A program made the position numbers and the translations under genes. DNA of 64,000 nucleotides. Origin: an uncultured Chloroflexia bacterium (GTDB lineage: Bacteria > Chloroflexota > Limnocylindria > Limnocylindrales > CSP1-4). Positions 1 to 9,452 of this stretch are shown piece after piece; the first letter of the stretch is position 1, and each line of letters starts with the position of its first letter. The notes below the pieces were generated by a model. That model searched no databases. It was not told where the DNA came from and saw only the letters and a list, made by a program, of their open reading frames with translations. Location: positions 192,001 through 256,000 of the forward strand of contig CAVVJT010000007.1 in assembly GCA_963748625.1 (NCBI GenBank), read 5' to 3'.

Positions 1-189
1 TTGACGCTGCCCACCGGCATCTTGAACCGGACGGCGAGGTCCTCCACCACGAGCAGCGGTGCACCGGGGACGGCCTGCTTGGGCAGGGGCCACTGGCGCC
101 GGCCGCGCACCGGCGTCACGGGCGTCGTGCGCGTCTCAGGCGTCTGGCGGGGGCGTCTGGGGCGTCTGGGGCGCCTCCTGCGCGGTCAC
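1..189 (-). CDS. Peptide ABC transporter ATP-binding subunit (DppD/OppD-like), N-terminal part; runs off the window, probable frameshift near 136
   Basis: The minus strand near base 60-1 reads PLLVVEDLAVRFKMPVGSV, a typical DppD N-terminus. A GTG overlaps the stop of the upstream permease. Confidence 0.65.
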
Positions 190-1120
190 CGGCGCTCCCT
201 CCCCTTGGGGTTGAGCATGTCGTCGAGCGCGTTGCCCACGAGGGTGAACGCGAGCACAACGAGCACCACGCATACGGCGGGCGGCACGATGTACCACCAC
301 GCACCAAGACCTGGAGCGCCGGCCTCCTGGGCCGCGTTGAGGGTCTGTCCCCACGACGGGGCGGCCGGGTCGCCCAGGCCGATGAACGCGAGCGTCGTCT
401 CGGTGAAGACGGCGGCGGCGAACGTGAGGACGGCCTGCGCGACGATGAGGTTCACGACGTTGGGCAGGATGTGGTGGCCCATGATGTGTCCCGTCCCGGC
501 CCCAACCACGCGCGCCCGGTCCACGAACATGCGCTCCTTGACCGAGAGCACCTGGGAACGGATCACCCGGGCGGTGGCCGCCCAGCTGGTGAGGCCGATC
601 ACCACGACCACCACCACGAGCGTCGCCCGGATGCCCGCGAACTCCGCGTCCGCGCCGATCACGTCGAGCAGCACGGGGGCCAGGATCAGGGCGAGCACGA
701 CCGTGGGCAGGACCAGGAAGAAGTCCGAGATGCGCATCAGGATCGCGTCGGCTTGCCGCCCACGTACCCCGCGACGATGCCCATCGTGGCCCCCAGGAAC
801 ACGGTGATCAGCGTGGCGAGCAGGCCGATCATCAGGGAGATCCGCGCGCCGTGGACGGTGAGGTTGAGCATGTCCCGGCCCAGCTCATCGGTGCCCAGGA
901 TGTACTCCAGGGACGGCGGGGCGAGGGGTGGGCCGGTGGCGCTCACGACATTCTGGAGCTCGCCCACGAACAAAGCGGGGGCCAGCGCCACCACCGCGAA
1001 CACCGCGAGGATTCCCGCGCCCAGGGCCCCATCGCCCCGCCCGAGGAAGCTGCGCACGGCATCGAACCGGCGCCGCCGCGGCACGCTCGCCGGGCCCACC
1101 GTGGTCCCTGCGGCGGTCAT
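186..1120 (-). CDS. Peptide ABC transporter permease (DppC/OppC-like), split by a frameshift near 750
   Basis: ORF 737-1120 has LGTDELGRD...GARISLMIG. ORF 186-737 continues with the EAA-like loop FVDRARVVGAG...HHILPN and LAFIGLG..PSWG. Confidence 0.9.
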
Positions 1121-2085
1121 GCCCGCACCCGCGGATCGAGCAGGCCGTAGACGATGTCGGCCGCGAAGTTCGCCATGACCACAGAGACCGCGACCATCAG
1201 GAAGATCCCCTGCAGCAGGGGGTAGTCACGCGAGTCGAGCGCAAGCACCGTCAGCGTACCGATGCCCGGCCAGTTGAAGACGATCTCGGCGGTGATGGCG
1301 CCCGCCACCACGTAGCCCACGTTGATCGCAATCAGCGTCACCATCGGCAGGAGGGCGTTGGGGAAGGCATGTTCCTTGAGGATGCGGGCGTCAGTCAGGC
1401 CCTTGGCGCGGGCCGTGGTGACGTAGTCCTCCGTCCGGGTCTCGATGATCGCGGAGCGCATCAGGATGGAGTACCCGCCGATCAGGCCCAGGGACACCGC
1501 GGCCAGCGGCAGCGCAAGGTGCCGCAGCAGGTCCAGGACGGCGGCGAAGCCCTCCTGGGGGCCCCCGGGTGTCGTCATGCCCGACGTCGGGAACCAGCCC
1601 AGGCCGGCCGCGAAGACGATGATCAACGGCATGCCGATGACGAAGTACGGCATCGAGTAGAGGACCAGGGCCAGGCCGCCGCCCACGCGGTCGAGCTTGC
1701 TGCCGCGCTTCCAGCCGGATCTCGCCCCGAGGGCCAGGCCCACCGTGATCGCGATGATCTCCGCGAGGCCGATGAGCAGGATTGTCGGGCCGGCGGCATC
1801 AGCGATGACCTCCGTGACCGGCTGGCCCCGGTACTTGATCGAGTAGCCGAGATCACCTGATGCCGTCGAGCGCACGTAGGCGATGAGCTGGTCGGGGATG
1901 ATCGGCTTGTCCAGGCCCCAGCGGACCCGGGCTGCCGCCACCTGCTCCGCGGTGAGGTTCGGGTTCTTGATGGCGCGGTCCGGCGAGCCCGGCATCAGCC
2001 GGAACAGGACGAACATGAGCAGCACGATGGCGATGATCGTGAACACCGCCTGTGCGAACTTGCGCAGGACGTAGCGCGCGCTCAC
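1117..2085 (-). CDS. Peptide ABC transporter permease (DppB/OppB-like)
   Basis: GDLGYS, EDYVTTARAKGL, EIVFNWPGIG and RDYPLLQG motifs. Confidence 0.93.
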   Translation of the reverse strand: MSARYVLRKFAQAVFTIIAIVLLMFVLFRLMPGSPDRAIKNPNLTAEQVAAARVRWGLDKPIIPDQLIAYVRSTASGDLGYSIKYRGQPVTEVIADAAGPTILLIGLAEIIAITVGLALGARSGWKRGSKLDRVGGGLALVLYSMPYFVIGMPLIIVFAAGLGWFPTSGMTTPGGPQEGFAAVLDLLRHLALPLAAVSLGLIGGYSILMRSAIIETRTEDYVTTARAKGLTDARILKEHAFPNALLPMVTLIAINVGYVVAGAITAEIVFNWPGIGTLTVLALDSRDYPLLQGIFLMVAVSVVMANFAADIVYGLLDPRVRA

Positions 2086-2101
2086 GGTCGGCCACGATCA
2101 G

Positions 2102-2129
2102 CCCGGGGGCGCCGGCTGGCGCCCCCGGG
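2102..2129. terminator. GC-rich hairpin between the substrate-binding gene and the permease (terminator or mRNA-stabilising stem)
   Basis: CCCGGGGGCGCC-GGCT-GGCGCCCCCGGG, a 12-bp perfect stem. Confidence 0.6.
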
Positions 2130-2161
2130 TGCATGGCCGGGAGTGGAGCGGCCCGCGGGGC

Positions 2162-4084
2162 TCACTCGTCGTCGTCGGGCTCGCCCTTGCGCCGCCGGGA
2201 GTTGATCAGCCAGATGAACACGATGCCGATGATCACGGCCGCCACGATCGCGATCACCAGCAGGGTCGTGCTCGGGCTGTCGGTGTCCGCGGCGGTTCCG
2301 CCGTCACCGCTCGGCGCCGGGGTCGCCGGCGCCTCGCTGGCCGGAGCCGCCGTCGCAGGCGCCTCGGTCGCTGCGGCCGGCGTGGGGCTCGGCTGGGCGG
2401 TGGCGTCCGAGAGGAGCGTGTACTGCAGGGTGCCGTAGGTGAACAGCGGGGTGCCCTCGGCCGGCATGTTCTGCCAGCCTGCGAACCGGTCGGTCCGGTA
2501 GGCGTCCAGGTTCGCGTCGTAGTAGAGGATGTCGTACGGCGCCTCGTCGTAGATCAGGTTCTGCATCTCGGCCAGGGTGGCCGCCCGCTCCGCGCCCGCC
2601 TGGGTGAGCTGGAGCTCGTACATGGCGTCGAAGTCGGGATTGCAGTACTGGCTGTCGGACGTGTTGCCGATCTGCTCGCACTGGAAGATGTCCATGAGCG
2701 CGGAAGGGTCGGGATTGCCTGCCCAGCCCCAGAGCTCGATGTCGTAGTCGGCCTTGTAGTCGTCGCCGGCCTCCGGTGGGAGGACGCGGTTGCCGACCGT
2801 CGCGGAGTCCAGGACCTCGGTGGTGACGCCGATGCCCAGCTCGCCGTACCAGCTCTCCACGAACTGGGCGGCCTTCGTGTAGTTGGCCTCCGTGTTCGGT
2901 GTCACCAGGCGCAGGGAGATCGGCTTGCCCTCCTTGTCGAGGCGCTTGCCGTCTGCATCGAGGGTGTAGCCGGCGGCCTCGAGCTTCTGCTTGGCAAGCT
3001 CGATATCGAAGGTGCGCGGGGTGTTCGGGGTGACGTGCCAGTCTGACAGGATCGGCGGGATGATCGTGTCACCCGGGTCGCCGAACCCGCCCAGGACGCG
3101 CTCCACGAGCAGGTCCTTGTCGATCGCATAGCCGAGCGCGTCGCGGAACTTGGGGTCCAGCAGCGCCTGCGTCGACGGGCCTCCGCCCTTGATGGTCTTG
3201 CCGGTGCCGGTGCCGTAGGTGTTGAAGGCGAGCTGCGACCAGCCGTTCGCCTTGCCCACGACAGTGCCGAAGGCCGGGTCTGCCTGGAGCTGCTTGAGCT
3301 GGTCCGCGTTCACGCCGCGGGCATAGTCGAGCTCGCCCGACTTGAGGGCCTGGACCATGGTGTCCGCGTTCTGGAAGAACTGGATCACCACCTCGTCCGC
3401 GAACCCCTGGGGACCCCAGTACTCCGGGTTGCGGGTGAAGCGGGCGTACTGCCCGGTCTTCCACTCCTGGAGGATGTACGGGCCCGTGCCCACGAGCGGC
3501 GGGTCGAAGGTGTCCTCGGCGATGGCGGTGTAGTCCTTGGCGCCGTAGATGTGCGCCGGCAGGATCGGGACGTAGACCTGGAAGATCCGATCGGACTGGT
3601 CGGTCGTGTAGGCGATGAAGGTCTGGTCGTCAGGACACTCCACCTTCGTGACGCCGGCGTCCTTGACGCCCGGGTCCAGGTAGCCGGCTCCGACGTAGGA
3701 CTCAGCGGCGATGGCGTCCACCGCGAGCCCCCACGAGTAGCACACGTCCTTGGACGTGGCGGGCGTCCCGTCGGACCACTTCATGCCATCGCGGATGGTG
3801 AAGACGACCTTGTCGGCCTCGCGGGTCCAGCTCTCGGCGAAGCCGGGCGCGGGCTTGGCGTCCTTGTCGAAGTCCACCAGCAGGTTGTAGGTCAGCTGGA
3901 AGACCTCGTACCCCGAGACGAGGTAGGTGTTGAACGGGTTGGTCGCATCCAGGTCCTGGGTGGTCCCGACGCGCAGCACCACCGGATCGGCGGCGGCTGC
4001 CGGCGCTGCGACGGGCAGCAGCAGGGAGAGCGCGAGCAGCGGTGCGGCAAGGCGCCGCGCGCTGCGGTAACGCGCCGTGGTCAT
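2162..4084 (-). CDS. Peptide ABC transporter substrate-binding protein (family 5) with a Pro/Ala linker and C-terminal TM anchor
   Basis: ATG after an AGGAGGAGGAG RBS, signal peptide, KWSDGTP, VGTGPY and RDALGYAID motifs, hydrophobic C-terminal tail followed by RRRK. Confidence 0.92.
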   Translation of the reverse strand: MTTARYRSARRLAAPLLALSLLLPVAAPAAAADPVVLRVGTTQDLDATNPFNTYLVSGYEVFQLTYNLLVDFDKDAKPAPGFAESWTREADKVVFTIRDGMKWSDGTPATSKDVCYSWGLAVDAIAAESYVGAGYLDPGVKDAGVTKVECPDDQTFIAYTTDQSDRIFQVYVPILPAHIYGAKDYTAIAEDTFDPPLVGTGPYILQEWKTGQYARFTRNPEYWGPQGFADEVVIQFFQNADTMVQALKSGELDYARGVNADQLKQLQADPAFGTVVGKANGWSQLAFNTYGTGTGKTIKGGGPSTQALLDPKFRDALGYAIDKDLLVERVLGGFGDPGDTIIPPILSDWHVTPNTPRTFDIELAKQKLEAAGYTLDADGKRLDKEGKPISLRLVTPNTEANYTKAAQFVESWYGELGIGVTTEVLDSATVGNRVLPPEAGDDYKADYDIELWGWAGNPDPSALMDIFQCEQIGNTSDSQYCNPDFDAMYELQLTQAGAERAATLAEMQNLIYDEAPYDILYYDANLDAYRTDRFAGWQNMPAEGTPLFTYGTLQYTLLSDATAQPSPTPAAATEAPATAAPASEAPATPAPSGDGGTAADTDSPSTTLLVIAIVAAVIIGIVFIWLINSRRRKGEPDDDE

Positions 4085-4251
4085 GAGATCTCCTCCTCCT
4101 CGTGACCTCGTCAGCCGTACGTCCCCATTCGCGCGGCTGACCGCCCGGGATGCCCCGGGTCCGTGCGCGGAGCGTTGCACAGGCCCCGGATCCTCGCAAC
4201 TGCCGTTGCGTCCAGCGTCGCGAGCAAGCGTCGCGCCGCGCGTGTGCGACA

Positions 4252-4830
4252 TCAGTCGATTGGCATCCCGCGCTGGCCCGCGGCGTACAGTCCGATCGCC
4301 GCGATCGTGAGCACATCATGGATGGACCCCGTCGCGATCTCCGCGAGGATCTCCTCGAGGGTCGCCCACCGGACCGTGAGGTCCTCCGACGGCTCGGGGT
4401 CCGACTCGCCCGGGTGCAGGCCCGTGGCCAGGAAGAGGGCGCCCCGCTCGTCGGTGACGGAGTTCGACAGGGACAGCCGGCACAGCTGGCGCCAACCGTC
4501 CGCTGCGTAGCCGGTCTCCTCGCGCAGCTCGCGGCGCGCCCCCTCGACCGGCGGCAGCTCCGGCGAGGCGCCGCCCTCGGGGATCTCCCAGCTGTACTCG
4601 TCGAGCGGATAGCGGTGCTGGCCGACCAGCAGGATGCGGCCGTCCTCGTCCACTGCCACCACCCCCACGGCCACGTACTCGAAGTGGACGACCCCGTAGA
4701 TGCCGGGGCTGCCGTCCGGCCGGTCAACTTCGTCGTGGAGGACCTCGATCCAGGGGTTGGCATAGGCGGTCGCGCGCGTCCTGCGGCGCCACGGGCCGAT
4801 GGGGACCGGGAGGGGCGAGGGGTCCGTCAT
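4252..4830 (-). CDS. NUDIX hydrolase (ADP-ribose pyrophosphatase-like)
   Basis: Nudix box WEIPEGG...ARRELREETG and QHRYP. Confidence 0.9.
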   Translation of the reverse strand: MTDPSPLPVPIGPWRRRTRATAYANPWIEVLHDEVDRPDGSPGIYGVVHFEYVAVGVVAVDEDGRILLVGQHRYPLDEYSWEIPEGGASPELPPVEGARRELREETGYAADGWRQLCRLSLSNSVTDERGALFLATGLHPGESDPEPSEDLTVRWATLEEILAEIATGSIHDVLTIAAIGLYAAGQRGMPID

Positions 4831-4935
4831 GTCACACACGGTACGGCAATGCGTCGGTACCAGCGGCACTGGCGGATGACGAACCCGCAGCGCAACGTGG
4901 CGGGCATCCGTCAGCGGGCAAAGGGGAGTGGGACG

Positions 4936-5958
4936 ATGGCAAGAGGGGCGGAGCGCTCGTCGCGGCGCAGGTGGCTGATCGGCGGCCTCATCGGTGTGGT
5001 CGTGATCTTCGTGTTCCTGTACGGGGTGGCGTCGTTCGTGGTGTACGACGGGGTGGGCAAGGCACCCCAAGCTTGCTGGCCGAAGGACCAGGCCAACACA
5101 CCGGCGTCCTTCAAGGTTCCCGGCGATGTCGATGGGGCGATCGCGGCGGCCCACGCCATGCCCGCCTTCGAGGAGATCCAGTTCGCGTCGCGCGACCCGC
5201 AGATCCCGGACGCGAAGCTGGCGGCGTGGTGGGTCCCGGCAGCCGAAGCCGATGCCCCGGCAGTGGTGCTGGTCCACGGCGTGCAGTCGTGCCGCCGCGA
5301 GGCGTCGGTGCTGCTCGCGGCCGGCATGCTCCACAAGGCCGGGTACTCGGTGTTCCTGATGGACCTGCGGGACCACGGCGATTCCGAAGGTGACGACGCC
5401 CGGTTCGCAGGCGGCAGCGAGGAGTACCTCGACGTGCTCGGCGGCTGGGACTGGGTGCAGGCACAGGGCGTGCCGGCGGACCGGATCGGCGTGGCGGGCT
5501 TCTCGTTCGGCTCGATCTCGTCGATCGTTGCCGGCAGCCAGGAGCCGCAGGTCGCGGCGGTCTGGGCCGACTCGGCGACGACCACCATGAACGAGGGCAT
5601 CGGCAACTTCCTCGCCGACCAGGTGCATGACGGCTCCGGGCTGTCGAAGATCCTCGTCCCGGGGGCGATCATCTGGGCGAAGGTGATCGCCGGGGATGAC
5701 CTGACCCGTTTTGACCCCATCAAGGAGGTCGCCGCGTACGGCGGACGGCACATCGCGTTCGTCCACGGAGCCGCCGATTCCATCCTGCCGGCCCAGATGT
5801 CCCGGGACCTCCAGGCGGCCGCCGTGGCAGCGGGCGCGACCTCGCCCGAGGCATGGATCGTCCCGGAGGCGAAGCACACGGAGGAGATCTACGTCGCGCC
5901 TGACGTCTACGCGGATCGCCTCGTGACCTTCTTCGACGAAGCCCTCGGGCAGCCGTAG
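4936..5958 (+). CDS. Membrane-anchored alpha/beta hydrolase
   Basis: N-terminal TM helix, VHG, DLRDHGDS, nucleophile elbow GFSFG, HG..D and C-terminal His. Confidence 0.88.
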   Translation: MARGAERSSRRRWLIGGLIGVVVIFVFLYGVASFVVYDGVGKAPQACWPKDQANTPASFKVPGDVDGAIAAAHAMPAFEEIQFASRDPQIPDAKLAAWWVPAAEADAPAVVLVHGVQSCRREASVLLAAGMLHKAGYSVFLMDLRDHGDSEGDDARFAGGSEEYLDVLGGWDWVQAQGVPADRIGVAGFSFGSISSIVAGSQEPQVAAVWADSATTTMNEGIGNFLADQVHDGSGLSKILVPGAIIWAKVIAGDDLTRFDPIKEVAAYGGRHIAFVHGAADSILPAQMSRDLQAAAVAAGATSPEAWIVPEAKHTEEIYVAPDVYADRLVTFFDEALGQP

Positions 5959-6000
5959 CTCGGGCAGCCAGAGGCCGTTCGACGGGCGCCAGCGATTCCC

Positions 6001-6164
6001 ATACTCGCACCAGGTGGGACCTATTCCGGCATCAACCGCCATACGCCCACCCGGTGGGAGCTATCGGCCCGAACGGGGCCGGACAGCCCGTAGCGCCCAC
6101 CAGGTGGGAGCAAGAGCAGGTCCAGGGGTCGGGACATCGGATAGCGCCCACCTGGCGGGCATCT
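6001..6164. repeat. Four dispersed palindromic repeats with core CCCACCNGGTGGG and unique spacers
   Basis: Cores at 6006-6018, 6046-6058, 6096-6108 and 6147-6159, each preceded by ATAC- or TAGC-like bases. Confidence 0.6.
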
Positions 6165-6307
6165 GACAAGGATGGCGGATAGAGCCGCGCGCACCAGTAC
6201 ATCCCGAAGGGCGGACCCCGGGCTGGACCCCGCCTGCGCTGGGATGTCCGCGCCCCGGTGCGAGACGACCCGGGCGGGACGCCGCCTGCCGCCTAGACTG
6301 GGTCGCC

Positions 6308-8410
6308 ATGGAGGAACAGCAGCCGTACATGCGCGCCGCGAGCATGCCAACCCACGGCACCGAGGTGCGCTGGGACGTCCGCGTCCCCGTGCGCGACGGC
6401 CTGGAGCTGTCGGCCAACCTGTGGCTGCCGGTGGCCGAGGCCCAGGCGCACGCCCACGCGCTCGCCCAAGGTCACTCATCGTCCACCGACGCGCGCTACC
6501 CCGTGATCCTGGAGATGATCCCCTACGGCAAGGACAACTGGCGGCGCAACAGCGACACCGCCCGCGGCGAATGGCTGGCGGCCCGTGGCTTCGCCCTGTG
6601 CCGGCTCGACGTGCGCGGCACCGGCTCCTCGCCCGGCATCGCAGAGGACGAGTACACCGCGGCGGAGACGCTCGACGGCTACGACGCGGTCGAGTGGCTG
6701 GCGGCGCAGCCATGGTGCAACGGCAACGTGGGCATGTGGGGCATCTCGTACGGAGGCTTCACCTCGATCCAGGTCGCGAAGCTGCGGCCGCCGCACCTCC
6801 GCGCGATCCTGCCGATGTACGCCACCGACGACCGCTACCGCGATGACGTCCACATCCGCGGCGGCTGCGTCACCGCGAGCGAGAAGAGCCAGTACGCCGT
6901 CAGCCAGCTGGGCATGAACGCGATGCCGCCCTATCCCCGGTTCGGCGGCGAGGCCTGGCGGGACGAATGGCGGGCGCGGCTCGAGGCCACGCCGCCCTGG
7001 CTCATGGCCTGGATCCGCAACCAGGCCGACGGCCCCTACTGGCGCCGGGGCTCGCTCGCACCCGACTACGACGCGCTCGCGTGTGCCGTCTTCCAGGTGG
7101 CCGGCTGGTCGGATGCGTACGTGGACCCCGTCTTTCGCGTGCAGCAGCACTGTCGGAACGCCACCGTACGAACCCTCGTGGGCAACTGGGTGCACTCGTT
7201 CCCCGATGACGCCTACCCGGGCCCGAACCTGGACTGGCTCCACGAGATGGTCCGCTTCTTCGACCGGTACCTCAAGGACGTCCCGAACGGCTGGGAGGAC
7301 GAGGCCGCCCTTGTCTGGTTCGAGCGGGAGTACGCCGAACCCGCGCCATTCCCCACCACCTGGCCCGGCCGCTGGCGGGCGGCAGGTGCCTTCCCGGTCG
7401 CGGGGACGGTGCAGCGCGAGCTGCTGCTGGGAGCCGGTGTCCTGACCGACGAGCCGGAGCCGGCGACCGGCATGGCCGCGCTCCCCCATCGCGCCACCGT
7501 TGGCACGTCAGGCCCACTCTCGTGGGGCGCAGGCTGGCACCCCAACGGCCTGGCGCGCGATCTGCGCCCCGACGAGGCCCGCTCGCTTGTCTGGACGTCC
7601 GAGCCCCTTGACGTGCCCCTGTCAGTGATCGGCGTGCCCCAGGCCGTGCTCCACCTGACCGCCACGATGCCCGTCGCAACCTGTGCCGTCCGCCTGTCCG
7701 AGGTCGCACCCGACGGGACCTCATCGCTCGTCGCCCAAGGGGTGCTGAACCTCACGCACCGCCTGTCCGACACGGACCCCTCTCCGATGCCCACCCGGGG
7801 CTTCGCGACCGAGGAGGTCCGGATCCCGCTGCGGACCTCCGGCTACCGCTTCGCGCCCGGCCACCGCATCCGCCTGACCGTGGCGACCAGCCTGTGGCCG
7901 GCCCTGTGGCCATCGCCGCTGCCCGGCGAGCTGCGCGTCCACCACGGCCCGCTCGCGCCGTCGAGGCTCGTGCTCCCGGTGCTACCCGATGACGCCCCGA
8001 CCGTGACGCCACCCGCGTTCCGCACCGACCCGGTCGAGGACCAGCGCCAGGTGGGTTCGTCACGCGAGGATCCGCCCGAGTGGCGCATCGAGCGGGATGT
8101 CCTGCACGAGGCGACGACGGTCACGATCTTCGACGGCGGCGAGAGCACCCAGGAGGACGGCTCGGTGCTCTACAGCTCGGAGCGGCTGGTCCTGACCGCG
8201 TCGGACGCCGATCCGGCGCGCGCGACGCTGGCAAGCGATGTCGTCTACCGGTACGCGGTGGACGGCCACGCCATCGCCATCCGGGCCGCCGGGACGATCG
8301 AGAGCGACGTCTCGACCTTCGACGTGCGGGTCCGCCTCGACGTCACCCTCGACGGCGAGCCCTTCTTCGAGCGCGAGTGGCAGGAGCCGATCCCGCGGAA
8401 CCTGGTCTAG
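6308..8410 (+). CDS. CocE/NonD family serine hydrolase (X-Pro dipeptidyl-peptidase-like)
   Basis: PYGKD, DVRGTGSS, WCNGNVGMWGISYGG, and a C-terminal PepX-like domain (F.PGHRIRL). Confidence 0.92.
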   Translation: MEEQQPYMRAASMPTHGTEVRWDVRVPVRDGLELSANLWLPVAEAQAHAHALAQGHSSSTDARYPVILEMIPYGKDNWRRNSDTARGEWLAARGFALCRLDVRGTGSSPGIAEDEYTAAETLDGYDAVEWLAAQPWCNGNVGMWGISYGGFTSIQVAKLRPPHLRAILPMYATDDRYRDDVHIRGGCVTASEKSQYAVSQLGMNAMPPYPRFGGEAWRDEWRARLEATPPWLMAWIRNQADGPYWRRGSLAPDYDALACAVFQVAGWSDAYVDPVFRVQQHCRNATVRTLVGNWVHSFPDDAYPGPNLDWLHEMVRFFDRYLKDVPNGWEDEAALVWFEREYAEPAPFPTTWPGRWRAAGAFPVAGTVQRELLLGAGVLTDEPEPATGMAALPHRATVGTSGPLSWGAGWHPNGLARDLRPDEARSLVWTSEPLDVPLSVIGVPQAVLHLTATMPVATCAVRLSEVAPDGTSSLVAQGVLNLTHRLSDTDPSPMPTRGFATEEVRIPLRTSGYRFAPGHRIRLTVATSLWPALWPSPLPGELRVHHGPLAPSRLVLPVLPDDAPTVTPPAFRTDPVEDQRQVGSSREDPPEWRIERDVLHEATTVTIFDGGESTQEDGSVLYSSERLVLTASDADPARATLASDVVYRYAVDGHAIAIRAAGTIESDVSTFDVRVRLDVTLDGEPFFEREWQEPIPRNLV

Positions 8411-8452
8411 GTCGCGGCAGCACCGGGACGCGAGGCACCGGGACGAACGACG

Positions 8453-9367
8453 TCAGGGCGCCAGTGACGAGAGCGCCGCGGCGGCCAAGAGCCCGCTCGT
8501 GATCGCCACCCCGATGCTCCCCGTCGTCGCGAGCAGCCACCAGTCCGCGTAGCCGCGATCGCCGAGCTGGCGGTAGCGCGCCACGATCTCCGCAGCGACG
8601 ATGATCCCCGCGGCCAGGATCGACCCTGCAAGGACCGCGAGCACGATGAGCATGCGCTCGATCGCCGAGGTCGCCGCGAACACCTGCGCCGCCACGCCGG
8701 CGGGAGCCGCGGGCTCCGGACCCGACGTCGATGCCGGAGCGGGCTGGGACGGGTCGGCCGCCCTGAGCATCCGGGGCGAGGCCAACGCGAGCAGGAAGTA
8801 GTAGGCGCCGCGCGTGTTCACCAGGAACAGCGAGGCCACCACGAGCGTGGTCACGGTGACGGCATGGACCGTCTCGCGGTCGGCGTCACGCAGGAGCGCG
8901 TTCACGACGTCCACGAAACCGGGCAGCAACGTCGCAGACTGCAGGAGCACCACCCAGCCGACGATCGCGAACGTCAGGTGGAGCAGCTGGTCCGCCAGGA
9001 ACAGCATGCCCGGCCACGGGCTCCACGCGTTGCCGACCCCAGTGGACACGAGCTCGCCCGTCGCCTCGAACCGGGCCCGGGTCGCCGCCTGGGCCGCGAC
9101 ATCGGCCGCCCTGGTCGCCCTGACCTTCCAGCGGTCCACGAGCATGTGCGAGCCCGCGACGACGACCACGTAGGCGACGCCGGGCCAGCCGAAGGCGAAC
9201 ACGGCAGGCAGCAGGCACAGGGCCACATGGAAGCCGTGGGTCGCGAGCGCAAGCCATCCCGTCCGCCCGGCCTTGCCCTTGTTCAGCGCAATCCAGTCGT
9301 TCTGGAGGACGAAGTCCGCCAGCAGGTGCGCGAAGATGAGCCAGACCAGGACCAGCACCGTGTCCAT
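8453..9367 (-). CDS. DUF3307 family membrane protein
   Basis: AHLLADFVLQ, SHMLVDRWK and DQLLH motifs, multiple TM helices. Confidence 0.8.
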   Translation of the reverse strand: MDTVLVLVWLIFAHLLADFVLQNDWIALNKGKAGRTGWLALATHGFHVALCLLPAVFAFGWPGVAYVVVVAGSHMLVDRWKVRATRAADVAAQAATRARFEATGELVSTGVGNAWSPWPGMLFLADQLLHLTFAIVGWVVLLQSATLLPGFVDVVNALLRDADRETVHAVTVTTLVVASLFLVNTRGAYYFLLALASPRMLRAADPSQPAPASTSGPEPAAPAGVAAQVFAATSAIERMLIVLAVLAGSILAAGIIVAAEIVARYRQLGDRGYADWWLLATTGSIGVAITSGLLAAAALSSLAP

Positions 9368-9452
9368 GTGCGTCCGAGCCTACCTTCGTCCTGGTCCCAT
9401 CCTGGTGTCATCCCGCCGACACGTCCGACAGCGGCCCCCGCCGCGGTCGGGA

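Noticed and set aside
6001-6164. CRISPR array
   Set aside because: Only four degenerate repeats with irregular period, and no cas genes in the window.
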